Assembly (NCBI GenBank): GCA_031372065.1 | Contig: JANMKN010000318.1 | Span: 1-20,968, forward strand | DNA: 20,968 bases | DNA from: Abditibacteriaceae bacterium | GTDB taxonomy: Bacteria; Armatimonadota; Abditibacteriia; Abditibacteriales; Abditibacteriaceae | Reading direction: 5' to 3' | Part shown: positions 8,787-16,857 of the stretch, one piece after another | Layout of the letters: the number at the start of each line of letters is the position of its first letter | Numbering within the stretch: position 1 is the first letter of the stretch | Notes under the pieces: model-generated | Told to the model about the DNA's origin: nothing | What the model saw: the letters and a program-made list of their open reading frames with translations, nothing else | The model's database searches: none | Made by a program: the position numbers and the translations under genes

Positions 8787-9779
8787 ATGAAACGATTTCT
8801 CAATTACACAGCGTTCTTTTGGGTTGCGAGCGCATTTGCGACGTTTTCGGTTCACGTCCAAGCGCAAAATGCGGTTCAACCAGCACAACCAGCCGCACAA
8901 GAATCAAACCCACCCGGCACGACAACCGAGGAGGAAAAGGCCGAACCGACAGGGATATTCGCCGGGGCTGATTTATATTATGGATTCGGCAATTTGCCCG
9001 GTTTTCGGCATTTTCGCGATGGATTTTGGGCCGCAGGCTCCAGTTTGGCCTACCCGTCACACGTTTATGTGCGCTCTAACACCAAGAGCGGCGCACAAGC
9101 CAAATTAGCGATTTCGCTGGGCGAGATTTACAACGGTTCCACAAGTTTTGACCAGCCTATCGAAGCCTGGTGGAAGCAACCACTCAAAAGCAACAACTCG
9201 ACCAAAAGTTCGGTGACATTGGGCAAGTTTTATGTTCCCTTTGCCTTGCAGGAATGGGAATACGAGACCAAATGGGGCGCGCTTTACGAAGGCGAATGGA
9301 ATGCCACCACCCTTGGCGCCGCCATGGTTTACAATCGCAACGTTGATCATGCAAACGGTTATGCTCGCGTGGGACACAATTTCGGAGAACGTCTCAATGT
9401 CGGCATCTCACTGGCCACCGGCAGTGGTTTGATGTATGACACGGTGCATGACAAAGCCATCGGCGTTGATCTGACAGGGTCTGCAGGCGATTGGGAAGTG
9501 TTAGCCGAATATATGGGCGCAAGGGGCACTGCCGCACAGCGTTTTCGTTTTGGTTGGGCACGCTTGAATTACAATAAATGGCAGCGCTTCAAGCCTTTTG
9601 CGGCGCGCTACGATTATAAGGACACCACAGGCGCATTCGGCACCTATCGTTCCTATGTGGCCGGGGCCAGCTACGCGCTACGCCCTGATCTTCAAGTTGA
9701 AGGCGGCTACGCTGTCGCTACGGGTAAAAATATCTGGTTTGCTCAAATTCATTGGACACCAGAACGAAAAGTCAAATAA
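8787..9779 (+). CDS. Secreted outer-membrane beta-barrel (porin-like) protein
   Basis: Signal peptide MKRFLNY...VQA from ATG 8787 (alternative GTG 8745 overlaps the upstream stop). A low-complexity linker is followed by amphipathic Gly/aromatic-rich strands, LGKFYVPF (porin-like) and a terminal strand WFAQIHW. Confidence 0.7.
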   Translation: MKRFLNYTAFFWVASAFATFSVHVQAQNAVQPAQPAAQESNPPGTTTEEEKAEPTGIFAGADLYYGFGNLPGFRHFRDGFWAAGSSLAYPSHVYVRSNTKSGAQAKLAISLGEIYNGSTSFDQPIEAWWKQPLKSNNSTKSSVTLGKFYVPFALQEWEYETKWGALYEGEWNATTLGAAMVYNRNVDHANGYARVGHNFGERLNVGISLATGSGLMYDTVHDKAIGVDLTGSAGDWEVLAEYMGARGTAAQRFRFGWARLNYNKWQRFKPFAARYDYKDTTGAFGTYRSYVAGASYALRPDLQVEGGYAVATGKNIWFAQIHWTPERKVK

Positions 9780-9895
9780 TAATTAAAGCGCCTCGAAATG
9801 GCGCCAAAGCGGTCATAAAGTAAATATTTCACAAAAATACCTACAATCATCAGATTTTTAAGTATGTTTGTAATGCTGTAGTAATGCGCGAGGTG

Positions 9896-9927
9896 TATAT
9901 TAAAAGAGCGTTAGTCCAGACTAACGC
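9896..9927 (+). promoter_or_regulatory. Candidate -10 box plus a 20-bp palindrome with perfect 9-bp arms upstream of the receiver gene
   Basis: TATATT at 9896-9901; GCGTTAGTC-CA-GACTAACGC at 9908-9927. Confidence 0.5.
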
Positions 9928-9949
9928 CAGAACTAAAGAAGGAATAAAC

Positions 9950-10363
9950 ATGAACGAGGAAATTTCGTTCCGCGCGCGGCGTCTGCCAAAAGTGTCTGAC
10001 ACTTATCGCATTTTGATTGTCGAAGACGAAATCGAAGTGTCGCGCCTAATCGGTATGGCATTGGAAAGTCGCGGCTATAAATTCAAGCCGGCTCTTGATG
10101 GCGCGCAGGCATTAGAAGTTTTCAGCGGCTTTGATCCCCATATGGTGCTGCTGGACTTAACGATGCCGGGCATTAGTGGGCAAGAAGTTTACGACGCTAT
10201 TCGCAGCATGAGCGATGTGCCAGTTATGGTGGTGAGCGCTTTAGTCGGCGATAGAGACATTCCGTTACCAGAAGGCGTGGCCGGACAAATGAGCAAGCCC
10301 TTCAGCCCACCCAATCTCGTGCGCCGTGTGCAAGCTGTGTTAGAAGAAACTTACGGGACGTGA
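9950..10363 (+). CDS. Single-domain response regulator receiver (CheY-like)
   Basis: ATG 9950 with AAGGA RBS; RILIVEDE, LLDLTMPG (phospho-Asp), VVSA and SKPF; no output domain. Confidence 0.9.
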   Translation: MNEEISFRARRLPKVSDTYRILIVEDEIEVSRLIGMALESRGYKFKPALDGAQALEVFSGFDPHMVLLDLTMPGISGQEVYDAIRSMSDVPVMVVSALVGDRDIPLPEGVAGQMSKPFSPPNLVRRVQAVLEETYGT

Positions 10364-10367
10364 CCAC

Positions 10368-10397
10368 AAAAATTGATGCTTAAAAAATTGATGCTTA
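10368..10397. repeat. Perfect 15-bp tandem direct repeat
   Basis: AAAAATTGATGCTTA twice (10368-10382, 10383-10397), followed by TTGAC-N7-GTCAA (10398-10414). Confidence 0.85.
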
Positions 10398-10478
10398 TTG
10401 ACGTTTTTAGTCAAATCACAAAAAGCCGATTTTAATTTGTTCGCAGTCAACCGGTTGAGATTACCTGTTTATAAGCCG

Positions 10479-10805
10479 ATGCCTTACCTTGCCGAATCAA
10501 ATCACCAAAATTCCGATTATCAAAATGCGGGTCTTTCGACTCTGTCGGAAATCTCGCCGCAGCCCCCTGTCGAGCGCATTTTCATGGAAAACGAAGAATA
10601 TCAATTTTATGCGCGTTGCCGCCGTGCTATTTTGCTGTTGAATGCTCAATTAGTCAAAGCCGCCGCCGAACGCAGCGAGTTTGCGCCTTTTTTGCTGGAA
10701 GCGATGGGCAATGCCATGTCCGAGTTGCTGGAACACGGCGATGAACGCGATTTATTGCTGTTGGAGCAGTGGCTCGACGAAGAAAACGAGCCGCATAGCG
10801 CCTAA
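10479..10805 (+). CDS. Small hypothetical acidic helical protein
   Basis: ORF of 108 aa from ATG 10479 (alternative ATG 10584) with an amphipathic helical C-terminal half; co-oriented with neighbours and followed by a strong hairpin. Start uncertain. Confidence 0.6.
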   Translation: MPYLAESNHQNSDYQNAGLSTLSEISPQPPVERIFMENEEYQFYARCRRAILLLNAQLVKAAAERSEFAPFLLEAMGNAMSELLEHGDERDLLLLEQWLDEENEPHSA

Positions 10806-10823
10806 AAGCGAAAAATCCAATAC

Positions 10824-10896
10824 AGCGGGGCAAACGCCCTCTTCCAAACGAACTATTCTGCGATCTCGTCTGGAAGAGGACGTTTGCCCCGCTTTT
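10824..10896. terminator. Long hairpin (28-bp arms) with T tract; terminator or structured element
   Basis: AGCGGGGCAAACGCCCTCTTCCAAACGA (10824-10851) / TCGTCTGGAAGAGGACGTTTGCCCCGCT (10866-10893), 2 mismatches, ending in TTTT. Confidence 0.65.
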
Positions 10897-10915
10897 CTAT
10901 GCCTCTTGAGCGCCA

Positions 10916-11067
10916 CTACAACTCTCGCAAGCCAGCTTACAACGCTCTTAGATCGGCAAACGCCACTCGTATGCCTGTCTACGACTCTCGTAAGCCAACT
11001 TAAGCATCTCGTCTGCCGACCTACAACTTGTGTATGCTATTCTACGAGCCGCGTAAGATAATCTACA
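10916..11067. repeat. Degenerate 21-bp tandem repeat array (7 units plus a partial)
   Basis: Units: ctacaactctcgcaagccagc / ttacaacgctcttagatcggc / aaacgccactcgtatgcctgt / ctacgactctcgtaagccaac / ttaagcatctcgtctgccgac / ctacaacttgtgtatgctatt / ctacgagccgcgtaagataat / ctaca. Confidence 0.8.
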
Positions 11068-11178
11068 TGAGGCGTTTGCCGGAAAATGTCACACTTATGC
11101 CGATTTTAAATTGCAAAACGCCTCTGGCGGGGCTAAACATTGAACGGCTCCCGCCACCATTAAAAAGGAAAATCTCTC

Positions 11179-12426
11179 ATGTCTTTTGAAATGCCGCATT
11201 TGCGCCAATTTGACCCCGAAGTCGCCGCTGCCATTGACGCCGAATTAAATCGTCAACGCAACACTTTAGAAATGATCGCCTCGGAAAATTTCGTTTCAGA
11301 AGCCATCATGGAAGCCACCGGCTGCGTGATGACCAACAAGTATGCCGAAGGCTATCCCGGCAAGCGTTATTACGGCGGTTGCGACGAGGTTGACGTTGTG
11401 GAAAACCTCGCTATTGAGCGCGCCAAGCAGCTTTTCGGTGCCGAACACGCCAATGTGCAGCCACATTCGGGTAGTCAGGCCAACGCGGGCGTGTTTTTGG
11501 CGCTTTTGCAGGCGGGCGACACCTTTTTGGGCATGAACTTGGCCGCCGGAGGCCATTTAACGCACGGCCACAAGATGAATTTCAGCGGCAAATTATATAG
11601 TCCGATTTCCTACGGCCTTGACCGCGAAACCGAGCGCATTGATTACAACGAAGTGCGCCGTTTAGCCAAAGAACACTCGCCCAAACTGATTATCGCCGGT
11701 TTTTCGGCTTATCCGCGCGCGATTGAATGGGAAAATTTCCGCGAAATCGCCGATGAAGTCGGCGCGCTTTTCATGGTGGACATGGCGCACGTCGCCGGAC
11801 TTGTCGCGGCGGGCGAATATCCGAATCCCGTGCCACACGCCGATGTTGTCACCACGACCACGCACAAAACACTGCGCGGCCCGCGCGCCGGTTTGATTTT
11901 GTGCAAAAGCGAACACGCCACGGCCATTGACAAAGCGATTATGCCCGGCATTCAAGGCGGCCCGCTGATGCACGTTATCGCCGCCAAAGCTGTGTGTTTG
12001 AAAGAAGCGATGGAGCCGGGATTCAAAGATTATCAGCGTCAAATACGCGTCAATGCCAGCGCTTTGGCCGACGGTTTAATCGCTGGCGGCTTGCGTTTGG
12101 TCACAGGCGGCACCGATAACCATTTGGTTTTGGTTGACCTGACGCCCGCTGATATTACCGGCAAAGACGCCGAAATTTTGCTGGAACACGTCGGCATTAC
12201 TTGCAACAAAAACCAGATTCCCTTTGATCCGCGCCCGCCTTTGGTCACGTCCGGCGTGCGTTTGGGCGTTCCGGCTTTGACCACGCGCGGCCTCAAAGAA
12301 GCCGAAATGAGCGCCATCGCGGATATTATCTGCGAAGCCGTCAAAAAGCGCGGCGACGAGGAAGAATTGCAGCTTTTGCAAGGCCAAGTTGCGCAAATCT
12401 GCGAGCGTTTTCCACTTTACGTTTAA
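11179..12426 (+). CDS. glyA: Serine hydroxymethyltransferase
   Basis: [54 protein letters not shown] (PLP lysine), GGTDNH; AAGGA RBS. Confidence 0.99.
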   Translation: MSFEMPHLRQFDPEVAAAIDAELNRQRNTLEMIASENFVSEAIMEATGCVMTNKYAEGYPGKRYYGGCDEVDVVENLAIERAKQLFGAEHANVQPHSGSQANAGVFLALLQAGDTFLGMNLAAGGHLTHGHKMNFSGKLYSPISYGLDRETERIDYNEVRRLAKEHSPKLIIAGFSAYPRAIEWENFREIADEVGALFMVDMAHVAGLVAAGEYPNPVPHADVVTTTTHKTLRGPRAGLILCKSEHATAIDKAIMPGIQGGPLMHVIAAKAVCLKEAMEPGFKDYQRQIRVNASALADGLIAGGLRLVTGGTDNHLVLVDLTPADITGKDAEILLEHVGITCNKNQIPFDPRPPLVTSGVRLGVPALTTRGLKEAEMSAIADIICEAVKKRGDEEELQLLQGQVAQICERFPLYV

Positions 12427-12460
12427 GCTAAGTATTCGGACAGAATTATGTGAGGCTTTG

Positions 12461-12544
12461 CGTCATTCTGAGGGAGCCTAAGCGACTGAAGAATCCCCAT
12501 TAGGCAAGGGGATTCTTCAGTCGCTTAGGCTCCCTCAGAATGAC
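12461..12544. repeat. REP-like perfect inverted repeat (37-bp arms, 9-nt loop)
   Basis: GTCATTCTGAGGGAGCCTAAGCGACTGAAGAATCCCC (12462-12498) and its exact reverse complement (12508-12544); begins with CGTC. Confidence 0.9.
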
Positions 12545-12594
12545 AAACCTTCTTTAATCTAATTGTGTCCACCTACTTATATATAATTAAGTTC

Positions 12595-13563
12595 ATGAAT
12601 GAATACTGGAAAAATCGGCTCGCGCAATTCGATGGAGTCCCGATTGTAGATGTTTTTGGCGTGTCAATGAGTGATAGTGGCCGCGGATGGTCATCCCTTG
12701 AGCAAAAATCGTCAAGTGATCGCGACGGTCTTGGATTAACTGGTTTCGATATGGAGTTATGGCGAGTGGGAGATGGCAAGATTGAAGCTACATTGACTCA
12801 TGTAACTGCAATCCTTAGTTACAATCAATGGGGGTCTCTTGTGGGCGAAGGAGGATATTTACGCTCTCATCCTGTTTTTCACATCAAAGCGAAAGTCGCT
12901 CAAAACCCGGCAGGCTTCCAAGAATTTCTATTTGTGGAATGGGTCGGCCCTGCCTCTAATGATACTGAGTTGAATCATCTTTTCTACCAACTGAGACAAC
13001 CTGTTACTCTTGATGCGCCACCGCTGCCACCTCTTCAACTATCCACTTATGATGGCTCTTGGAGTGGGCAAATTTCTCTACCTTCATGGGATGGATTCGA
13101 CCTTCAATCAGAGCCAAATTACGGAGGGAAGGGAACAGTATTTCCATTGGGTATAGGTTCAGAGCCTATGCCAATCGTCAGGTTAGGCTATCAAGGCGTT
13201 CCGCCTTCGCCAGAACAAGCAGCGGCTTACGTTTATTTAGTTGAGAACGACAAAGTTGTTCAAAATGCCCTGTTGCAAGCCATTTTGGATGTTTATCCTG
13301 AATGGCAGGCCGAGTGGGGCGGCGACCTTGAATATATGCCCGATGTGAACCACGTAAGGGAATTCCAATCGCTGCTTATACTTTGGGATTTGTCTATCTT
13401 GAATGATGTGAAAGAAGGTTACGCTTACGTCTACTTTAACCTTATTCCCAATTGGGATGTGGAACATGGTTTGGGTGCCATTTTACACAAGGATCGTGTA
13501 GTGGCGGTGGACAATCACGATTCACTCTATAAGGTAATCGAACGAGATATAGAATCGAATTAA
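12595..13563 (+). CDS. Hypothetical protein; C-terminal domain resembles DUF6985-type proteins
   Basis: 322 aa from ATG 12595; C-terminal PSPEQAAAYVYLVEN...LLQAI..VYP...WDVEHGLGAILH pattern; visibly more AT-rich than flanking glyA and ppdK. The domain name is recalled, not verified. Confidence 0.7.
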   Translation: MNEYWKNRLAQFDGVPIVDVFGVSMSDSGRGWSSLEQKSSSDRDGLGLTGFDMELWRVGDGKIEATLTHVTAILSYNQWGSLVGEGGYLRSHPVFHIKAKVAQNPAGFQEFLFVEWVGPASNDTELNHLFYQLRQPVTLDAPPLPPLQLSTYDGSWSGQISLPSWDGFDLQSEPNYGGKGTVFPLGIGSEPMPIVRLGYQGVPPSPEQAAAYVYLVENDKVVQNALLQAILDVYPEWQAEWGGDLEYMPDVNHVREFQSLLILWDLSILNDVKEGYAYVYFNLIPNWDVEHGLGAILHKDRVVAVDNHDSLYKVIERDIESN

Positions 13564-13572
13564 AGCAAACAC

Positions 13573-13606
13573 AAAAGCGGCACGCTCTTTCGAGCGCGCC
13601 GCTTTT
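13573..13606. terminator. Bidirectional intrinsic terminator between convergent genes
   Basis: AAAAGCGGCACGCTC-TTTC-GAGCGCGCCGCTTTT with A/T tracts on both sides. Confidence 0.85.
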
Positions 13607-13623
13607 ATTTTACAACACCGAAT

Positions 13624-16296
13624 TTACTTCGATTCCAACGCGGCTTGCGCTGCTGCTAAACGGGCAACGGGCACGCGTTTGGGGCTGCACGAAACGTAGT
13701 TGAGGCCGAGTTTGTTGCAGAACTTGACGCTGTCGGGGTCGCCGCCGTGTTCGCCGCAGATGCCGAGTTTGATCTTCGGGTTCACGCTGCGCGCGTCGTC
13801 CACGCAGATTTGCATCAGGCGGCCTACGCCGGTAGTGTCAATCGAAACCGTCGGGTCTTCCTTGTAGATTTCCTTGGCGATGTAAGGCATCAGGAACGGG
13901 CCAGCATCGTCGCGGCTCATGCCGTAGGTCATCTGCGTCAGGTCGTTGGTGCCGAAAGAGAAGAAGCTGGCTTCCAAAGCGATTTCCTTGCTGGTCAAAG
14001 CGGCGCGCGGCACTTCGATCATGGTGCCGAACATATAATCCACTTCGATGCCCGCTTTGGCCGCTGTGGCTTTGGCGATGCGTTCGAGATCGTTTTTCAC
14101 ATAGGTCAGCTCGTTGATGTGGCCGACCAGCGGAATCATGATTTCAGGATGCACGTCAATGCCTTCCTTTTTCACAACCGCCGCCGCGCCGATGATGGCC
14201 GCGACTTGCATTTCCACGATGCCGGGGAACACGATGGACAGGCGCACGCCGCGCAGACCGAGCATCGGGTTCATCTCGTGCATTTCCGCCACTTTGTTGA
14301 GCAGTTTGGTTTTTTCCGCATCTTTGCCGCCGCCCGCTTCGAGAACTGCCAGTTCTTTGGCCAGTTCCATCTGGTTCGGCATGAATTCGTGCAACGGTGG
14401 GTCAATTAAACGCACCGTCACGGGCTTGCCGTGCATGGCGCGGAAGATGCCTTCAAAGTCGCCCTGCTGAATCGGCAACAGCTCGTCGAGAGCTTTCTGA
14501 CGCGAGGCTTCGTCTTCCGCCAAAATCATGCGGCGCACAATCGGCAGACGATCTTCCTCCAAGAACATATGCTCGGTGCGGCAAAGGCCAATGCCTTCGG
14601 CGCCCAAAGCTAAGGCTTCTTCGGCTTGTTCGGGCGTGTCGGCGTTGGCGCGCACACCCATGGTGCGGAACTCATCGGCCCAGCCCATCAGCGTGCCGAA
14701 GTCGCCACTTTGTCCGGCGGCTTCGACATCCAAAGCGCCGTTGTAAACGATGCCGTCGGTGCCGTCAATGGTAATCCAGTCGCCTTCTTTAATCACGGTG
14801 CCGTCGGGCGTGGTGAATTGCGTGGCGTGATGGCCGTCGAGTTTAATATCCGAGCAGCCGCAAATGGTTGGAATGCCGAACTGACGCGCCACCAAAGCCG
14901 CGTGCGAAGTGCGTCCGCCGCGCGCCGTCAAAACGCCTTGCGCGGCCAACATTCCTTTCAAGTCGTCGGGCGTGGTTTCTTGCGAGCAAAGGATAACCGC
15001 TTTGCCTTCGCCGCCCTTGCCCAGTTCCGCCGCGCGGTCGCTGGAGAAAACAGCCATGCCAACAGCGCCGCCGGGGCCAGCATTCAGGCCGCGCGCGATG
15101 ACTTTGCCGTCTTTGGTGTTCTTCAAACGCGGATGCAGCGCTTGTTCCAAGCCAGAAGGCGCCACCATTTTCACGGCGGTTTCTTTGGTGATGAAATTCT
15201 CTTTCACCATTTCCACAGCGATGCGAATCGCAGCCGTGCCGGTGCGCTTTCCGCTGCGGCATTGCAGGATGAACAGCTTGTTCTTTTCGATGGTGAACTC
15301 AATGTCCTGCATATCCTTGTAGTGATTCTCAAGGCGACGGGCATTGGCAATCAGTTCGTCGTAAATCGCTTTGTTGTCGGCTTCCAGTTCGGCGATTTCG
15401 CGCGGTGTGCGCACGCCGGCCACTACGTCTTCGCCTTGCGCGTTGGGCAGATATTCGCCATAAATCACGTTCTCGCCGGTCGCGGCATTGCGCGTAAACA
15501 TCACGCCGGAGCCGGAATCGTCGCCCATGTTGCCGAAAACCATGCTCTGCACGTTGACGGCGGTGCCAATCGAGTGCGAGATTTTTTCTTTGTTGCGATA
15601 AATGATGGCGCGCTCGTTGTTCCAAGAACGGAACACAGCGGTAATCGAAGTTTCAAGCTGCTCGTAAGGGTCAGTGGGAAAGTCGCGGCCCGTCTGCTCT
15701 TTGAAAAACACTTTATAGATGTCGCAGAGCGCTTTCCAGTCGGCACCAGTCAGTTCGGTGTCTTCGACTTTGCCGAGTTTTTCTTTATGATCGGACAAAA
15801 TGCGCTCGAAGCCGTCTTTGGAAAGGCCGGGATAATCGGCTTTGAGCGTGATGTCCGAAAACATCATGATAAAGCGGCGATACGAGTCGTAAGCGAAACG
15901 GTCATTGCCGCCGGACGCGCTGATGAGGCCTTCGATGGCGTCATCGTTGAGGCCAAGGTTGAGAACGGTGTCCATCATGCCGGGCAGCGAGAACTTGGCG
16001 CCCGAACGCACGGAAAAGAGCAGCGGGTTTTTGTTGTCGCCGAACTTCTTGCCGATTTGCTTTTCGACATCTTCGACGGCGGTTTTCACATCGTCCATCA
16101 GGCCGGCGGGAATTTGCTTTCCATTGGCGTAATATTCGGTGCAGACTTCGGTCGTGACCGTAAAGCCGGGCGGGACGGGTAGGCCAATATTGGTCATTTC
16201 GGCTAAGTTAGCGCCTTTGCCGCCCAGTAAATCTTTCAATTCTTTCTTGCCTTCGCGGAACAGCCACACGCGATTATTTGGGGTCGAACTACTCAC
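13624..16296 (-). CDS. ppdK: Pyruvate, phosphate dikinase
   Basis: LLGGKGANLAEM, SVRSGA, GEDVVAG, GGRTSHAA (phospho-His), GLCRTEHMF, NPMLGLRG, GTNDLTQ, ICGEHGGDP; GTG start with GGAGG RBS. Confidence 0.99.
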   Translation of the reverse strand: MSSSTPNNRVWLFREGKKELKDLLGGKGANLAEMTNIGLPVPPGFTVTTEVCTEYYANGKQIPAGLMDDVKTAVEDVEKQIGKKFGDNKNPLLFSVRSGAKFSLPGMMDTVLNLGLNDDAIEGLISASGGNDRFAYDSYRRFIMMFSDITLKADYPGLSKDGFERILSDHKEKLGKVEDTELTGADWKALCDIYKVFFKEQTGRDFPTDPYEQLETSITAVFRSWNNERAIIYRNKEKISHSIGTAVNVQSMVFGNMGDDSGSGVMFTRNAATGENVIYGEYLPNAQGEDVVAGVRTPREIAELEADNKAIYDELIANARRLENHYKDMQDIEFTIEKNKLFILQCRSGKRTGTAAIRIAVEMVKENFITKETAVKMVAPSGLEQALHPRLKNTKDGKVIARGLNAGPGGAVGMAVFSSDRAAELGKGGEGKAVILCSQETTPDDLKGMLAAQGVLTARGGRTSHAALVARQFGIPTICGCSDIKLDGHHATQFTTPDGTVIKEGDWITIDGTDGIVYNGALDVEAAGQSGDFGTLMGWADEFRTMGVRANADTPEQAEEALALGAEGIGLCRTEHMFLEEDRLPIVRRMILAEDEASRQKALDELLPIQQGDFEGIFRAMHGKPVTVRLIDPPLHEFMPNQMELAKELAVLEAGGGKDAEKTKLLNKVAEMHEMNPMLGLRGVRLSIVFPGIVEMQVAAIIGAAAVVKKEGIDVHPEIMIPLVGHINELTYVKNDLERIAKATAAKAGIEVDYMFGTMIEVPRAALTSKEIALEASFFSFGTNDLTQMTYGMSRDDAGPFLMPYIAKEIYKEDPTVSIDTTGVGRLMQICVDDARSVNPKIKLGICGEHGGDPDSVKFCNKLGLNYVSCSPKRVPVARLAAAQAALESK

Positions 16297-16389
16297 AGTT
16301 TTGGGTTTCCTCCGGGTAAATTTGCCTCAAACAGGATAGCACGCGAGGCTTGAGGCGACAATTAGAACAGGATAAACTTTCAACTTGCT

Positions 16390-16683
16390 ATGAAATTTCA
16401 AGTGATACCCGCCTTTTGTATAGGACTTGGCGCTGGCAGCCCGATGCTTATTGTGGCTTCATGGCTTTATTGTTACCTATTCAACATATCCCGGCCTATA
16501 ACTATGCCGTGGATAGGGCTTGTTGCATCAATTACTCTTACTGGAATAGTGGCACTTTGCAGTCCAAAATTGCCAAAGAAAACGAAACACTACCTTTTTA
16601 GTGCCTGGCTGGGAGCGGTAGTGGGAAGCACAGCATTTATGATATTTGCATCTGAAATGGCGAGAGAACCTTTTTGGGGATAA
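16390..16683 (+). CDS. Small hypothetical membrane protein (3 TM)
   Basis: 97 aa with three hydrophobic segments and a basic loop (PKLPKKTKH). Confidence 0.55.
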   Translation: MKFQVIPAFCIGLGAGSPMLIVASWLYCYLFNISRPITMPWIGLVASITLTGIVALCSPKLPKKTKHYLFSAWLGAVVGSTAFMIFASEMAREPFWG

Positions 16684-16691
16684 CGTGCTAA

Positions 16692-16844
16692 AACGCTCTG
16701 GCGAAGATAGATGGTTCGTATGAAGTGAATCCTGAAACGGATTTACGGCCTGTGTGCCCCAATTGCCATTCCATGTTGCATCGCAATGCCAAAACACTGA
16801 CCATAGAAGCGTTAAAAAAATCAATCCAAAAAACTCATAGCTAA
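16692..16844 (+). pseudogene. C-terminal remnant of an HNH (McrA-like) endonuclease
   Basis: Frame between stops reads NALAKIDGSYEVNPETDLRPVCPNCHSMLHRNAKTLTIEALKKSIQKTHS*, matching the HNH C-terminal DLxPVCPNCHxMLH pattern; the N-terminal portion is absent. Confidence 0.78.
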
Positions 16845-16857
16845 AAGGCACTTCTCT

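Noticed and set aside
10681..11061. 126-aa plus-strand ORF as a real gene
   Set aside because: Overlaps the upstream CDS, starts at TTG without an RBS and crosses a terminator-like hairpin; kept only as a note under the repeat finding.
10916..11067. CRISPR array interpretation of the repeats
   Set aside because: Units are contiguous, degenerate 21-mers without unique spacers, and there are no cas genes in the window.
11100..11178. ZTP (pfl) or glycine riboswitch before glyA
   Set aside because: CTGGCG is present, but the GTGG/CCAC stem, the CGCCTGGG pseudoknot segment and glycine aptamer motifs are absent.
14626..16182. 518-aa plus-strand ORF (and 13747-14409)
   Set aside because: Antisense shadow of ppdK arising from its biased codon usage; no recognisable motifs.
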